Source of the DNA: an uncultured bacterium
GTDB taxonomy: Bacteria; Babelota; Babeliae; Babelales; Vermiphilaceae
DNA length: 64,000 nt
Assembly: GCA_963713925.1 (NCBI GenBank)
Contig: OY970212.1
Span: 1,088,001-1,152,000 of the forward strand
Direction: 5' to 3'
Shown: positions 10,667 to 20,854 of the stretch, piece after piece
How the letters are laid out: the number at the start of each line of letters is the position of its first letter
Position numbering within the stretch: position 1 is the stretch's first letter
The notes under the pieces: model-generated
What the model was told of the DNA's origin: nothing
The model's input: only the letters and a program-made list of their open reading frames with translations
The model's database searches: none
Translations under genes and position numbers: made by a program

Positions 10667-11161
10667 CTACCAGTTTCTTATGAACATAAATAAGGCCATC
10701 GCAGCCATTAATACATCTTCAAAAAGTGTTACATAGGTCATCGGTATTTTAAACACCGTTCCCAGGCATGCACACATGATTGTTTGCTTTTTTCTTAATT
10801 CATTGGCAACACCTAACGCACTGGTAATCATGAGTACGCATGTTATTATATTAGTAACATTCAGCTGCCAACGAACAAGATATGCTAAACCTAAAAAAAG
10901 CTCTATAAATGGGTAGAGATATGCGTATACCCTACTTCTTTGCGCAATGAGATCATACATTGAATAAGCTTCTGCAAAATTATTTAAATTGATGATTTTA
11001 AAAAAGCTAAAGACAATGAAAAAAGCTGCCATAAAATCATACATCGCATGCTCTAGATTAAATCCAATAAATAGTTGTCTCGCGATCACAAATAAAATAA
11101 TTATTGAAAAAATAACGAGTAACGGAAGAAAATCACGCACTGTATATCGTTGATTATTCAT
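10667..11161 (-). CDS. MauE/DoxX-like membrane protein
   Basis: Several TM helices; FAEAYSMYDLIA, YPFIELFLGL and CACLG motifs. Confidence 0.75.
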   Translation of the reverse strand: MNNQRYTVRDFLPLLVIFSIIILFVIARQLFIGFNLEHAMYDFMAAFFIVFSFFKIINLNNFAEAYSMYDLIAQRSRVYAYLYPFIELFLGLAYLVRWQLNVTNIITCVLMITSALGVANELRKKQTIMCACLGTVFKIPMTYVTLFEDVLMAAMALFMFIRNW

Positions 11162-11186
11162 TACAATCTCCTTACCTTTTCAAGCT

Positions 11187-11756
11187 TTAAACTATGCCCA
11201 ATTCCTCTACTATGTGATAGCCATCTGACTTTACTCCAAACAGATTGAATGGAATTAAATTCATAAGGTGGCCACACATATAGCTCATAGAAAAGTTTTC
11301 AAAGAAATAGGGTGAGGGAAGTATTCCTGCTAACAAAAGCGAAGTTGATGCGCCGGCAACAGGCCCCGCCGCAGCGCAGAGAATCTCCTGTTTTCTCTCC
11401 ATGTACTCGTTTGCTATGCATACTGAATAGAACGATGGTATTGGATTTATATCAAAGGAAGGGAATGGAGTTTTTTCTTCTTCACCTAGTTGCTGCTGCT
11501 GCACTCTTAATGCTTTGCGATTCCTGTCAATGCTCTTTTGATTTGCATTAATAACTATTCGGGAAGGAATATCGTTAAACCAATACACTAATGCGTGCCC
11601 TAATTCATGGGCAATAGATGTGATCATATGATTGGTATAAAAAAGAACTAAATCGTGAGTAAGCTTTCCAAAAGATGCAAGCTTCTCTAAAGGACGAGAT
11701 TGGATAGGTGTTCCGAGAAAAACTATCGATAATAAAAAGATTGTTTTTTTAAGCAT
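11187..11756 (-). CDS. M50 (site-2 protease)-like zinc peptidase
   Basis: HELGH, AAGP and NLIP...SDG motifs. Confidence 0.7.
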   Translation of the reverse strand: MLKKTIFLLSIVFLGTPIQSRPLEKLASFGKLTHDLVLFYTNHMITSIAHELGHALVYWFNDIPSRIVINANQKSIDRNRKALRVQQQQLGEEEKTPFPSFDINPIPSFYSVCIANEYMERKQEILCAAAGPVAGASTSLLLAGILPSPYFFENFSMSYMCGHLMNLIPFNLFGVKSDGYHIVEELGIV

Positions 11757-11838
11757 TCATTCCCTCATTGAGCGTGACAAATTAAATCAGGTATCCATCA
11801 AAACATGCAATGGATCAATTATGCTCGAGTTTTTCCTT

Positions 11839-13683
11839 TTACTCAATAGTCAACGATTTAGCCAAATTCCTTGGCCGATCAATAGGTCTGCCCAGTTTCA
11901 ACGCAACTTGGTAGACAATAAACTGCATCAACCCAGTCATAACAAGCGGAGTGAGCAATGGATCAATAGTCGGAATAGTAAATGTGACATCTGAAAGGCT
12001 TTCGAGCTCATGCTGGCCTTCAAGCGCAAAGGAAATAACATACCCTTTACGCGCTTTTACTTCCTGCACATTTGAGACCAATTTTTGATAAATGAGTGGG
12101 TCAGCGTGTGAGAATACGATGATGGGAGTCACTGAGTCAACCAATGCCAATGGCCCATGTTTGAGCTCTCCTGCCGGATAACTTTCGGCAAAGATATAGG
12201 AAATTTCTTTTAATTTGAGCGCTGCTTCTTGCGCCAGTGGATAGCTGTTATGTCGCCCCAAAAATATGACATTTTTAAGCGGAGCTAAAATTGCAGCAAA
12301 TTCTGAAATTACAAAATCTTTGTGTTGATGGATCACATTTTCAAGCAATTCAGAGACAACCAAAAGCTCATTTACTTTTTGATCGCTGTGCGCACGAGAA
12401 AGCTGACTGCGTTTGCATGCCATTTCAATCGCAAGCCAATATAATGAAGCTACTTGCGTCGTGAATGCTTTTGTGGAAGCAACGGCAACTTCTTGTCCAG
12501 CACGGGTGACGATAGTGCCACGCACTTCACGCGCTATCGAGCTTGAAGCAACATTGGTTAACCCAAGCGTTGGCAACCGATGACTAGAGACTAAGCGAAG
12601 CGCTTCAAGAGTGTCTGCTGTTTCACCTGATTGAGAAATAAAAATGAAGAGACTATTCTTTGGGGCAAAAAAACGTTGATATCGAAACTCTGATGCCAAA
12701 TGCACAAAGGTCGGAATACCGGTTATGGTCTCAAAAAAATATCGCCCAATTTGTCCGGCATAAAATGATGTCCCACAACCAACCAAATGAATTGATTCGA
12801 CAGACATAAGTTCTTCTTGCGAAATACCTAACTGCGCCAACGCATCTTCACCAAATGATTTGAGCCATGCGACTGTCGCTTGAATTGCACCCTTTTGCTC
12901 AAAAATTTCCTTGAGCATATAGTGCTCATGCCCACCTTTTGACAATTGGGTATTATCCAAAGCGAGTGTAGTAATTGCAGGATGAAGCTCTACACCATTA
13001 GCAGCATACACTTTCAGTCCGGCGTGAGAAACGAGGGCAAAGCACCCTTCACCCAAGAAGATTACTTTATTTGTTTTGTCTGCAAACGCATATGGGTCTG
13101 AAGCCACAAAATATTCATCAATGCCAACACCTATGCAAAGCGGAGATTTGTGCCGAGCAGCCAAGATAAGGTTTGGATATTGTTGAAACATCACCGCAAG
13201 TGCGTATGCGCCTTCAAGCTGAGAAAGCACGCTTACAATAAGTTCAGGAGTTAATTCACCTGATAATAATTTTTGTTCAAACAGATGCGCCACCACCTCG
13301 GTATCTGTCTGTGAATGAAATATATGGCCTTGATCTTTTAATTGAGCTCTCAAATGAGCATGATTTTCAATAATACCATTGTGCATGAGCGCAATAGATT
13401 TTGTGCAATCAAAATGAGGATGCGCATTTTCAAGAGAAAACCCGCCGTGCGACGCCCAGCGGGTATGACCTAAACCGATGTTTCCATCAATAGGATTTTT
13501 TTCAATTTCACGCTCAAGATTCTGAATATTTCCTTCAGCCTTTGCGTAGACAAGCCGCTGGCTTTCTTTATCAAAGCATGCAAAACCTGCCGCATCATAT
13601 CCTCGATATTCTAGGCGAGAGAGAGCTTGCATAATAAGCCCTTTGCTCTTTTTCAAGCCAAGATATCCAAAAACGCTACACAT
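11839..13683 (-). CDS. glmS: Glutamine--fructose-6-phosphate transaminase (isomerizing)
   Basis: Starts MCSVFG (catalytic Cys1); LEYRGYD, GHTRWASHG, SQSGETADT and PRNLAKS motifs. Confidence 0.97.
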   Translation of the reverse strand: MCSVFGYLGLKKSKGLIMQALSRLEYRGYDAAGFACFDKESQRLVYAKAEGNIQNLEREIEKNPIDGNIGLGHTRWASHGGFSLENAHPHFDCTKSIALMHNGIIENHAHLRAQLKDQGHIFHSQTDTEVVAHLFEQKLLSGELTPELIVSVLSQLEGAYALAVMFQQYPNLILAARHKSPLCIGVGIDEYFVASDPYAFADKTNKVIFLGEGCFALVSHAGLKVYAANGVELHPAITTLALDNTQLSKGGHEHYMLKEIFEQKGAIQATVAWLKSFGEDALAQLGISQEELMSVESIHLVGCGTSFYAGQIGRYFFETITGIPTFVHLASEFRYQRFFAPKNSLFIFISQSGETADTLEALRLVSSHRLPTLGLTNVASSSIAREVRGTIVTRAGQEVAVASTKAFTTQVASLYWLAIEMACKRSQLSRAHSDQKVNELLVVSELLENVIHQHKDFVISEFAAILAPLKNVIFLGRHNSYPLAQEAALKLKEISYIFAESYPAGELKHGPLALVDSVTPIIVFSHADPLIYQKLVSNVQEVKARKGYVISFALEGQHELESLSDVTFTIPTIDPLLTPLVMTGLMQFIVYQVALKLGRPIDRPRNLAKSLTIE

Positions 13684-13691
13684 AAACAAAC

Positions 13692-13720
13692 TCCCCAATA
13701 CAACAAAGTTGTATTGGGGA
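13692..13720 (-). promoter_or_regulatory. 13-bp hairpin covering the glmS Shine-Dalgarno; possible rpsI terminator
   Basis: TCCCCAATACAAC-AAA-GTTGTATTGGGGA. On the minus strand the GGGGAG just upstream of the glmS ATG lies in the 3' arm. Confidence 0.6.
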
Positions 13721-13787
13721 CTCATCAAAAATCAATTTTTTTATAAAAGTCACAAAGCAACTTCGTTGAAAAACTGAAAAAACTAAA

Positions 13788-14378
13788 TTAACGTTTTACG
13801 AATTGGAACTTACGACGAGCTGCTTTTTGACCGTATTTTTTACGTTCTTTCACGCGAGCATCAACAGTCAATAAGTCGTTTTGACGCAATAGTGGTCGCA
13901 ATGTTTCATCTGAAGCAACAAGTGCGCGCGCTATTCCAAGCTTAATTGCACCTGCTTGTGATCCAAGACCACCGCCAACGACGTTTACCAAAACGTCAAC
14001 TTCTGCATTTGGAACAACACGTAATGGAGTTGCAGCTTCAGCACGGTTAATATCAGTATCAAAATAATTGATATGTTCTTTACCATTTACAACGATAAGG
14101 CCGGTTCCTCTTTTGAGCCATACGCGGGCAACAGAAGATTTACGACGACCAACACCATGAGAAACTACTTTTTTGCCCCCTAATTGAGCAAGGGCTGATT
14201 TATAGCTCTTTTTTTCGGTTGGTTTCGCTTTTGGAGTAGCCTTTTTTTCAACCTTTACCGCTTCTTGCGCTGGCTTAGCAGCGGCAGCAGGAGCAGGCTT
14301 TTTAGCTGTTTCTTTTTTTGTTGTTTTTGGAGCAGCTTCAGTAGCTTTTTGAGTCGTTGTTTTGGATTGTTTAATCAT
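13788..14378 (-). CDS. rpsI: 30S ribosomal protein S9 with Lys/Ala/Pro-rich N-terminal extension
   Basis: GRRKSSVARV, GGGLGSQAGA and ERKKYGQKAARRKFQFVKR motifs. Confidence 0.97.
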   Translation of the reverse strand: MIKQSKTTTQKATEAAPKTTKKETAKKPAPAAAAKPAQEAVKVEKKATPKAKPTEKKSYKSALAQLGGKKVVSHGVGRRKSSVARVWLKRGTGLIVVNGKEHINYFDTDINRAEAATPLRVVPNAEVDVLVNVVGGGLGSQAGAIKLGIARALVASDETLRPLLRQNDLLTVDARVKERKKYGQKAARRKFQFVKR

Positions 14379-14566
14379 GAATCTTATAAACCTTGTTTGG
14401 GAAACTTTTGTCCTTGAACCCTGTCTTGTATATGATAGGGGCAGGAATAAAAAATGTCAAAGTGCCACTTTGTTTAAAACTTTGTCTATCGGGTTACATT
14501 TTTACCCAATCTACCGAGGTCTCGATCGGAACATAACTGCGCATTGATCTAGAATTATTAATAATT

Positions 14567-14674
14567 CTACCTTATCGGGCGAAGTCTGGCCCGTCGTCGC
14601 TCTTCGAGCTATGCCGGACATGGCCGTGCCAGGCGTAGCTTGCCGAGGCTGAAGCCCCGGATAAGCGAAGCCTG
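14567..14674. repeat. Family B palindromic repeat cluster (left flank of GIY-YIG gene)
   Basis: TGCCAGGCGTAGC-[TTGCCGAGGCTGAAGCCCCGGATAA]-GCGAAGCCTG. Confidence 0.7.
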
Positions 14675-14678
14675 TTTT

Positions 14679-14921
14679 TCATAATAATCTTTTATGCATA
14701 AATGCTTTTCCTGAATGCGACTTTAAATATTTTTCAAACTCTAAGGCTTTAGATTTTGTCATAAAACTACAATGCCAGACCATGCGCCATGGTTTAAACG
14801 CTGATGTGTATTCTGAGTCTCCAGCATTATGCGCTTTAAGCCGAGTCTTTAGGTCTGTCGTATAACCTACGTACATCACCTCAGGAAAATGCATCGATTG
14901 AATTATATAGGTGTAATACAT
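14679..14921 (-). CDS. Small solo GIY-YIG nuclease family protein
   Basis: YYTYII...YVGYTTDLKTRLKAHN..YT...PW...ALEFEKYLKSHSG. Confidence 0.9.
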   Translation of the reverse strand: MYYTYIIQSMHFPEVMYVGYTTDLKTRLKAHNAGDSEYTSAFKPWRMVWHCSFMTKSKALEFEKYLKSHSGKAFMHKRLL

Positions 14922-14938
14922 AAAGGATTTCTACTGTT

Positions 14939-15085
14939 CCAGCCCGTGCTACGCATTTACTCCGAAGTAAACCCAGAGGAAGTGTTAAGCTTCGCAGGGC
15001 AGGCTTCGCATCGTGCTTTCAATGTATATCTTACTACCTTAGCTGCTGGCTGTGCCAGGCGTAGCCCTTTACGGGCGAAGCCTGG
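14939..15085. repeat. Family B palindromic repeat cluster (right flank; overlaps the tRNA-Thr CCA)
   Basis: TGCCAGGCGTAGCCCTTTACGGGCGAAGCCTGG plus an upstream CTACG/CTTCG hairpin. Confidence 0.7.
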
Positions 15086-15158
15086 AGCCGATGATCGGAT
15101 TTGAACCGACGACCTATTGATTACGAATCAATCGCTCTACCAGCTGAGCTACATCGGC
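15083..15158 (-). tRNA. tRNA-Thr(CGT)
   Basis: 76-nt cloverleaf GCCGATG...; anticodon arm ATTGA-TTCGTAA-TCAAT; GGTTCAAAT T-loop; encoded CCA. Confidence 0.96.
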
Positions 15159-15223
15159 AGGAAATGTTATACACTCGACTATTTTAGCCGATAAGCCTGT
15201 TTAAATCAAAATTATCAAAAATT

Positions 15224-15598
15224 TTACAGCCCACCGCCACCTGATTCTTCATATGCTTCCTGACACGAAATACACCGGGTTGCATTTGGGAATGATTTGA
15301 GCCGTTTGGCCGAAATAGGCTGCCCACAATCTACACACACCCCATAAGTGCCATTTTCAATCATTTCCAACGCTTTCACGATGCGATGCAACTCGCTTAT
15401 CTTGCTATCTTGCAATGAGCTTCGCAAGCTTTCCATCGTTGAGGTTAATGCTTGGTCACCCGGGTCTTGCACCTCATCATCGGCAAACTTTTCTTGGTGC
15501 AGTGAACTCATTTCGGATTCAAGCTCAAGCTTTCGAGCCAGAAGCTCTTGCTTCACTTGGGCTAGGTCAAAACCTGCCCCTTTTTTTGCTTCACTCAC
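15224..15598 (-). CDS. DksA/TraR C4-type zinc finger protein
   Basis: Coiled coil with DPGD, YGVCVDCG..I...RL...P.ATRCISC. Confidence 0.9.
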   Translation of the reverse strand: MSEAKKGAGFDLAQVKQELLARKLELESEMSSLHQEKFADDEVQDPGDQALTSTMESLRSSLQDSKISELHRIVKALEMIENGTYGVCVDCGQPISAKRLKSFPNATRCISCQEAYEESGGGGL

Positions 15599-16070
15599 TC
15601 AAAATCCTTCTCTCTTTGAAAAACGCCCGCAAGAGATCTGCTGATTCTTTCGAGCATACGCCTTCTATTATTACAATCGTATCATCTTTGTATAACTGAT
15701 AGCCTATAGAGTTGTCAAGACGATATCCAAAAACCGGAGATGCAGCTGCAAATACGATTCCTGTAATACGGCTTAAACGAGCAAGCGCCATACACATGAC
15801 GCATGGCTCCAGCGTAACGTACAACCAACAACCTTCGAGCCTCCAATCTTTGCGAGCCTCGCTTGCAGCCTTCAAGGCCATCATTTCAGCATGATAGAGC
15901 TGGCAATGGGATTGCTCAACCTTATTATAGGCGCGAGCAATAACAACACCGCTTGCATCAACTACTATCGCCCCGATAGGCACTTCCTTTTCAAGCGAGG
16001 CCTGACGAGCAAGCTCAAGCGCTTCTCGCATCAGACGCTCATCGAATTCACGACCGAATGTGCTATACAT
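15591..16070 (-). CDS. tadA: tRNA adenosine deaminase
   Basis: EVPIGAIVV, HAE, WRL and YVTLEPCVMC motifs. Confidence 0.9.
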   Translation of the reverse strand: MYSTFGREFDERLMREALELARQASLEKEVPIGAIVVDASGVVIARAYNKVEQSHCQLYHAEMMALKAASEARKDWRLEGCWLYVTLEPCVMCMALARLSRITGIVFAAASPVFGYRLDNSIGYQLYKDDTIVIIEGVCSKESADLLRAFFKERRILSE

Positions 16071-16332
16071 GGAAAATAACCCCCGACTTTTACCCCACCA
16101 TCGCGCCCGCGCCTTCATGTGCCCCCACTGGTTTGGAGATTCTGCGTATTGGTAGAAAATATATTGTGATAAGATATACTTATGGTATAGAAATTGAGAA
16201 TACAGAATTTTTTAAGAAAAATAAAAAGCCCCCCAATAAATTACCCATGTTACGCATAAGCATAACTTGGGGCCCAATAAGGCGCATGGAACAATGGGTG
16301 ATTTTTCTATTCATTAAGCCCAGGAGATTGCA

Positions 16333-18750
16333 ATGGCGAACAATCCTTCGTCAAACAATGGTGATTACAAAGCGACGTCTATTAAAGTCATTGAAGGCTT
16401 AGAGGCTGTCAGAAAACGACCTGCCATGTATATCGGTTCAACCGGTGTCTCTGGTCTTCATCACTTGGTGTATGAAATTGTCGACAACTCAGTTGACGAA
16501 GCACTTGCCGGCTATTGCGATACGATCAATGTAATCCTCCATTCTGACGGTTCATGTTCCGTAGAAGATAATGGTCGTGGTATTCCCACCGACATTCACC
16601 CAACAGAAGGTGTATCGGCTGCTGAAGTCGTGCTCACCAAGTTGCATGCGGGTGGTAAGTTTGATAAAGAGTCTTACAAATATTCCGGTGGTTTGCATGG
16701 GGTCGGTGTCTCGGTTGTAAACGCCCTTTCCAAGCGGCTTGAGCTTACTATTTTTCGCGAAAACGCTGTCCACTTTCAAGTATATGAACGAGGCAAACCA
16801 CTCGCTCGCCTTGAAGTAATTGGGGACACCACTAAGCGTGGAACCCTCGTGCGCTTCTGGCCTGATGAAGAAATCTTTCAAGAAACAACAACGTTCAGCT
16901 TTGAAACATTGTCTGCTCGTTTGCGCGAATTGGCTTTTTTAAATAAAAAGCTCAGAATCAGCATTCTTGAAGAATCGACCACGAAATCACATGAATTCTA
17001 TTTTGAAGGTGGCATTAAGTCATTTATTGAACATATTAACGCCAAAAAGAATCCTCTTTTCCCTGAAATTTTGTACACCTTCCTAGATGCTGAAAATTAT
17101 CAATTGGAAGTTGCAATGCAATACAATGAAGGATATGGCGAACAACTCTTCTCATTTGTAAACAACATTAACACTGTTGAAGGCGGAACACACGTTTCAG
17201 GTTTCCGATCTGCATTGACCAAAATTTCCAATAAAAAAGGTACTGAACTCAATATCTTAAAAGGTGGCGAGCTTTTCTCAAGTGAAGATACGCGAGAAGG
17301 TTTAGTCGCGGTGATCAGCATGAAAGTGCCTGAACCACAATTTGAAGGCCAAACAAAAACAAAACTTGGCAACAGCGATGCAAAAGGAATAGTCGATTCA
17401 GCTGTCTTTGCGTTTCTTGATACATTCTTTGAAGAAAATCCATCAATTGCCCGCAAAATATTGCAAAAAGCTGAAATCGCAAAACAAGCACGCGAAGCTG
17501 CAAAAAAAGCCCGTGATTTAACCCGCAGAAAAACGGTGCTTGAATCAATGATCTTGCCCGGAAAACTTGCAGATTGTTCCAATGAAAATCCGGCAGAAAC
17601 CGAACTCTTTATCGTTGAGGGAGATTCTGCAGGTGGATCTGCAAAACAAGGGAGAGATCGAAACAATCAAGCAATCTTGCCACTCAAAGGTAAGATTCTC
17701 AACGTAGAAAAAGCACGTCTTGATAAGATATTATCAAATGATGAAATTAAGGCGCTCATTGCTGCTGTCGGATGCGGAATTGGCGAAGAATTTGATATCA
17801 ACAAAGCACGGTATCATAAAATTATTTTAATGACCGATGCTGACGTTGATGGAGCGCATATCAGAACACTTCTGCTCACTTTCTTCTTCCGGTACATGAA
17901 GCCCGTTGTAGAAGCGGGATATCTCTATATCGCTCAACCGCCACTCTACAAAGCAAAGATCGGCAAAAAAGAGCAATACCTCAAAGATGAACGCTCATTA
18001 AAACAGTTTTTATTTGATTGGGCGCAGGATCATACCTCGCTGCAATTGGACAATAAACCAGTCGATCAAGCAGAATGGAAGAGACTTCTTTTGAATCTCC
18101 TTGCCTATGATGAGCAAGTGCAAAAAGCGTCGATGACATTCAAAGTTGCATCTGATTATTGCCATCGCATTATGACGGCATTGTATAAAAATCCGTGGAG
18201 TTCGGATCAAGGATTTGAAAAACTGATTGAAATACTGCAAAAGAACTTTAAGCGTTTTCAAGTCAGCCTACACAAAGAAGTCGAAAACGTTGAAGAAATT
18301 GATCAAAGCCACAAACATCAATTTATTGTGTTCAAACTACTCAATAAAGAATGGCGTATTAGAACCGAATTCTTCACTTCTCCTGAATATATTCATTTGC
18401 TCACCATGCTTGATCCAATCGATGTCATTGTTGACAATGAATGGAACTTGCAGGTGATTGGCAAAGATCGAACTCTGGCAGGTCAGGGGCCGCTTGCGCT
18501 TGTCAACGCAATCAATCAATTGAGCAAACCATACATGAATATCCAACGCTACAAAGGGCTTGGAGAAATGAATCCTGATCAACTGTGGGAAACATCCATG
18601 GACACAAACACACGCGTGTTGCTCAAAGTCACTATCGCAGATGTGTTGGAAGCCGACAATTGGTTCACCACGCTCATGGGCGATGACGTCTCAGGAAGAA
18701 AAACCTACATTGAAGAATATGGGCATTTTGTAAAAAATTTGGATATTTAA
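16333..18750 (+). CDS. gyrB: DNA gyrase subunit B
   Basis: [47 protein letters not shown] and QRYKGLGEM motifs. Confidence 0.98.
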   Translation: MANNPSSNNGDYKATSIKVIEGLEAVRKRPAMYIGSTGVSGLHHLVYEIVDNSVDEALAGYCDTINVILHSDGSCSVEDNGRGIPTDIHPTEGVSAAEVVLTKLHAGGKFDKESYKYSGGLHGVGVSVVNALSKRLELTIFRENAVHFQVYERGKPLARLEVIGDTTKRGTLVRFWPDEEIFQETTTFSFETLSARLRELAFLNKKLRISILEESTTKSHEFYFEGGIKSFIEHINAKKNPLFPEILYTFLDAENYQLEVAMQYNEGYGEQLFSFVNNINTVEGGTHVSGFRSALTKISNKKGTELNILKGGELFSSEDTREGLVAVISMKVPEPQFEGQTKTKLGNSDAKGIVDSAVFAFLDTFFEENPSIARKILQKAEIAKQAREAAKKARDLTRRKTVLESMILPGKLADCSNENPAETELFIVEGDSAGGSAKQGRDRNNQAILPLKGKILNVEKARLDKILSNDEIKALIAAVGCGIGEEFDINKARYHKIILMTDADVDGAHIRTLLLTFFFRYMKPVVEAGYLYIAQPPLYKAKIGKKEQYLKDERSLKQFLFDWAQDHTSLQLDNKPVDQAEWKRLLLNLLAYDEQVQKASMTFKVASDYCHRIMTALYKNPWSSDQGFEKLIEILQKNFKRFQVSLHKEVENVEEIDQSHKHQFIVFKLLNKEWRIRTEFFTSPEYIHLLTMLDPIDVIVDNEWNLQVIGKDRTLAGQGPLALVNAINQLSKPYMNIQRYKGLGEMNPDQLWETSMDTNTRVLLKVTIADVLEADNWFTTLMGDDVSGRKTYIEEYGHFVKNLDI

Positions 18751-18783
18751 TTATTCTGTATTTTATCTCTTAAAGGAGTTCCC

Positions 18784-19104
18784 TTGAACTTTGCTGCCAT
18801 GCTCAGCATATTTTTCTTTTTCTGTGTTGCTATAAACGCTTCTAATCTCCCCTCATTACCCGGTTACACTAAGAGGAAAATATATAAGGGGCCCCTTAAA
18901 GGTTTCCGGCACATAGCATCCAATAAAATGAGGGACCAGTACATTCATCAGGATAGAGTACAATATCAGCAAAACAGATCTCAGCAAAGCTTTCCATGTA
19001 GCCAAAACCCGGAAGCTTTGCCACAAATAGAATTGGACGAGCCTACATCAGTGGGATCGGAATTCTATAGAAAATTGACGAAACAAGATTCCTGGAGCAA
19101 TTGA
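18784..19104 (+). CDS. Small secreted hypothetical protein
   Basis: AAGGAG RBS before TTG; signal-peptide-like N-terminus. Confidence 0.55.
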   Translation: MNFAAMLSIFFFFCVAINASNLPSLPGYTKRKIYKGPLKGFRHIASNKMRDQYIHQDRVQYQQNRSQQSFPCSQNPEALPQIELDEPTSVGSEFYRKLTKQDSWSN

Positions 19105-19182
19105 TTTTTTTTTCATCGTAAAAAAAGAAGTTATTTCGCTGCACGTACTATTGCGATTTATTTTTAACGAGAAAGGTTTTAT

Positions 19183-19491
19183 ATGAAAACTCAGGCGTTT
19201 GCCTTTGTAGTAGCTATTATTTTCACACAATCAGTTATAGGTAGTGAAAAAAACAAAACCGAATTTGAGCTCTATCTTGAAGCACAAAAAAATCGTCTCA
19301 CTAGTTCGAGGGAAATCTTACGAACAAGCGGCGATAGTGCCATATCAAAACACCAACATAATCTTTCAGTTCTTAAATGTGATCAATGCGGGTCCGGACA
19401 TACTCGAAAAAAGTCCGACGAAGAAATGATGAACCAAGCGCTTATGCATTTTTTGCAACTGGATGATGCGGATAATAATATACATGGATAA
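19183..19491 (+). CDS. Small secreted hypothetical protein
   Basis: ATG with RBS; signal peptide; contains a CDQC motif. Confidence 0.6.
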   Translation: MKTQAFAFVVAIIFTQSVIGSEKNKTEFELYLEAQKNRLTSSREILRTSGDSAISKHQHNLSVLKCDQCGSGHTRKKSDEEMMNQALMHFLQLDDADNNIHG

Positions 19492-20485
19492 ATTCTCCGA
19501 CATCACGCTCAGTGACAAAATTCATTCTTATATTGCTCAAAACAAACTCATGTCCCCCGGGCAAACGGTTGTCATCGGCCTTTCCGGGGGCCCTGACTCA
19601 GCTTGTTTAACCCACTTGTTAGCGCAACTGCGCGAAAGCTTGGGCATTACCCTTATTGCCGCACACCTTGATCACGGATGGCGAACAACGTCAGCTGACG
19701 ATGCGCTGTGGTGCAAACAATTGGCAGAGTCTCTGAATATCCCTTTTGTTGGCAAAAAAATTTCAGAACTTAATCATACCATCGCTTACAATGGTTCTAA
19801 AGAAGCATATGCTCGATCGATTCGTAGATACTTTTTCAAGACTGTGGCAGAACAGTTCCGTGCAGATGCCATCGCAATGGCCCACCATGCTCAAGATCAA
19901 GAAGAAACATTTTTCATTCGTCTCGCTCGAGGAGCAACGCTGAGCGGCCTGACCGGTATGAAAGCAAAGGATGGCATTTTTATTCGCCCACTTTTGCAAA
20001 CTAATAAGACAGACATTCTTGCATATTTGTGCGAGCATAATCTTTCCTATCGTCTTGATGAGACAAATGAATCTCATGATTTCTTGCGCAATAGAATTCG
20101 AATGTCACTCATGCCACAGCTTGATGCCACTGATGCGCGCATGAGACAAAATCTGGCGCGCACAATGGAACATTTGGCCGAGACCGAACAGTACCTTCAG
20201 GCGCATACGCGCAACTTATTCTTACGCGTTACAACTGATCTTGATGGATCTTTGGCACTTACCACTCAACCCTTTTTCGAGCTCGTCCCCTACGCACAAA
20301 AAAGAATTCTCATACATTTTCTCATACAAAACCAAGTTCCTTTTACTCCCAGCGAAGCTTTACTTGATGAGATCCTACGTTTTATGAAAAATAAACGATC
20401 TTTAACGCACGCACTTCATGCTTCATGGAATTTAAAAAAACAACAAACATCAAGCGGTGAATTGCTCCGCATTGTTCATATATAG
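19484..20485 (+). CDS. tilS: tRNA(Ile)-lysidine synthetase
   Basis: GLSGGPDS, HLDHGWR, AHHAQDQEET, RPLL and DETN...RNRIR motifs. Confidence 0.95.
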   Translation: MDKFSDITLSDKIHSYIAQNKLMSPGQTVVIGLSGGPDSACLTHLLAQLRESLGITLIAAHLDHGWRTTSADDALWCKQLAESLNIPFVGKKISELNHTIAYNGSKEAYARSIRRYFFKTVAEQFRADAIAMAHHAQDQEETFFIRLARGATLSGLTGMKAKDGIFIRPLLQTNKTDILAYLCEHNLSYRLDETNESHDFLRNRIRMSLMPQLDATDARMRQNLARTMEHLAETEQYLQAHTRNLFLRVTTDLDGSLALTTQPFFELVPYAQKRILIHFLIQNQVPFTPSEALLDEILRFMKNKRSLTHALHASWNLKKQQTSSGELLRIVHI

Positions 20486-20524
20486 AAATGCACGAGCCAT
20501 TTAAACTTACTTGGCTATTTTCTC

Positions 20525-20780
20525 GTTCGAATGGTTCGACTCGTTTCACTTTTGCCCATGCTTATACCCCACACTTACGTGCGGGGACCCCGAATTCGCA
20601 TGGGGCCCGAAACTCCGCTCACCACGAACGAAAATGGGTTCCGGTTCCGCTGCGTTTACGATGAATGTAGAGGAGCTGCAATACTACAACAAACATTTAC
20701 CCAGGTTCGTGGTGAGCGAAACTACGGGCCCCATGCGAAAAGCTTGGGTGAAAATGTCGTGGAGTCGAACCATTCGAACC
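20525..20780. repeat. Inverted pair of expanded family A repeats
   Basis: GTTCGAATGGTTCGAC...CTCACCACGAAC (20525-20629), then GTTCGTGGTGAGCG...GTCGAACCATTCGAAC (20705-20779). Confidence 0.8.
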
Positions 20781-20854
20781 AATATATGATATGCACCAAA
20801 ATTGTAACCCGTGTTTAGCCATCCGATAAATGCTATATGTGCCCAATAATTTTC

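Noticed and set aside
13720..13787. glmS ribozyme upstream of glmS
   Set aside because: The spacer is only about 100 nt, AT-rich, and lacks the conserved core.
17100..17666. Long antisense ORFs inside gyrB, mreB, leuS and similar genes
   Set aside because: These are shadow frames of well-supported genes.
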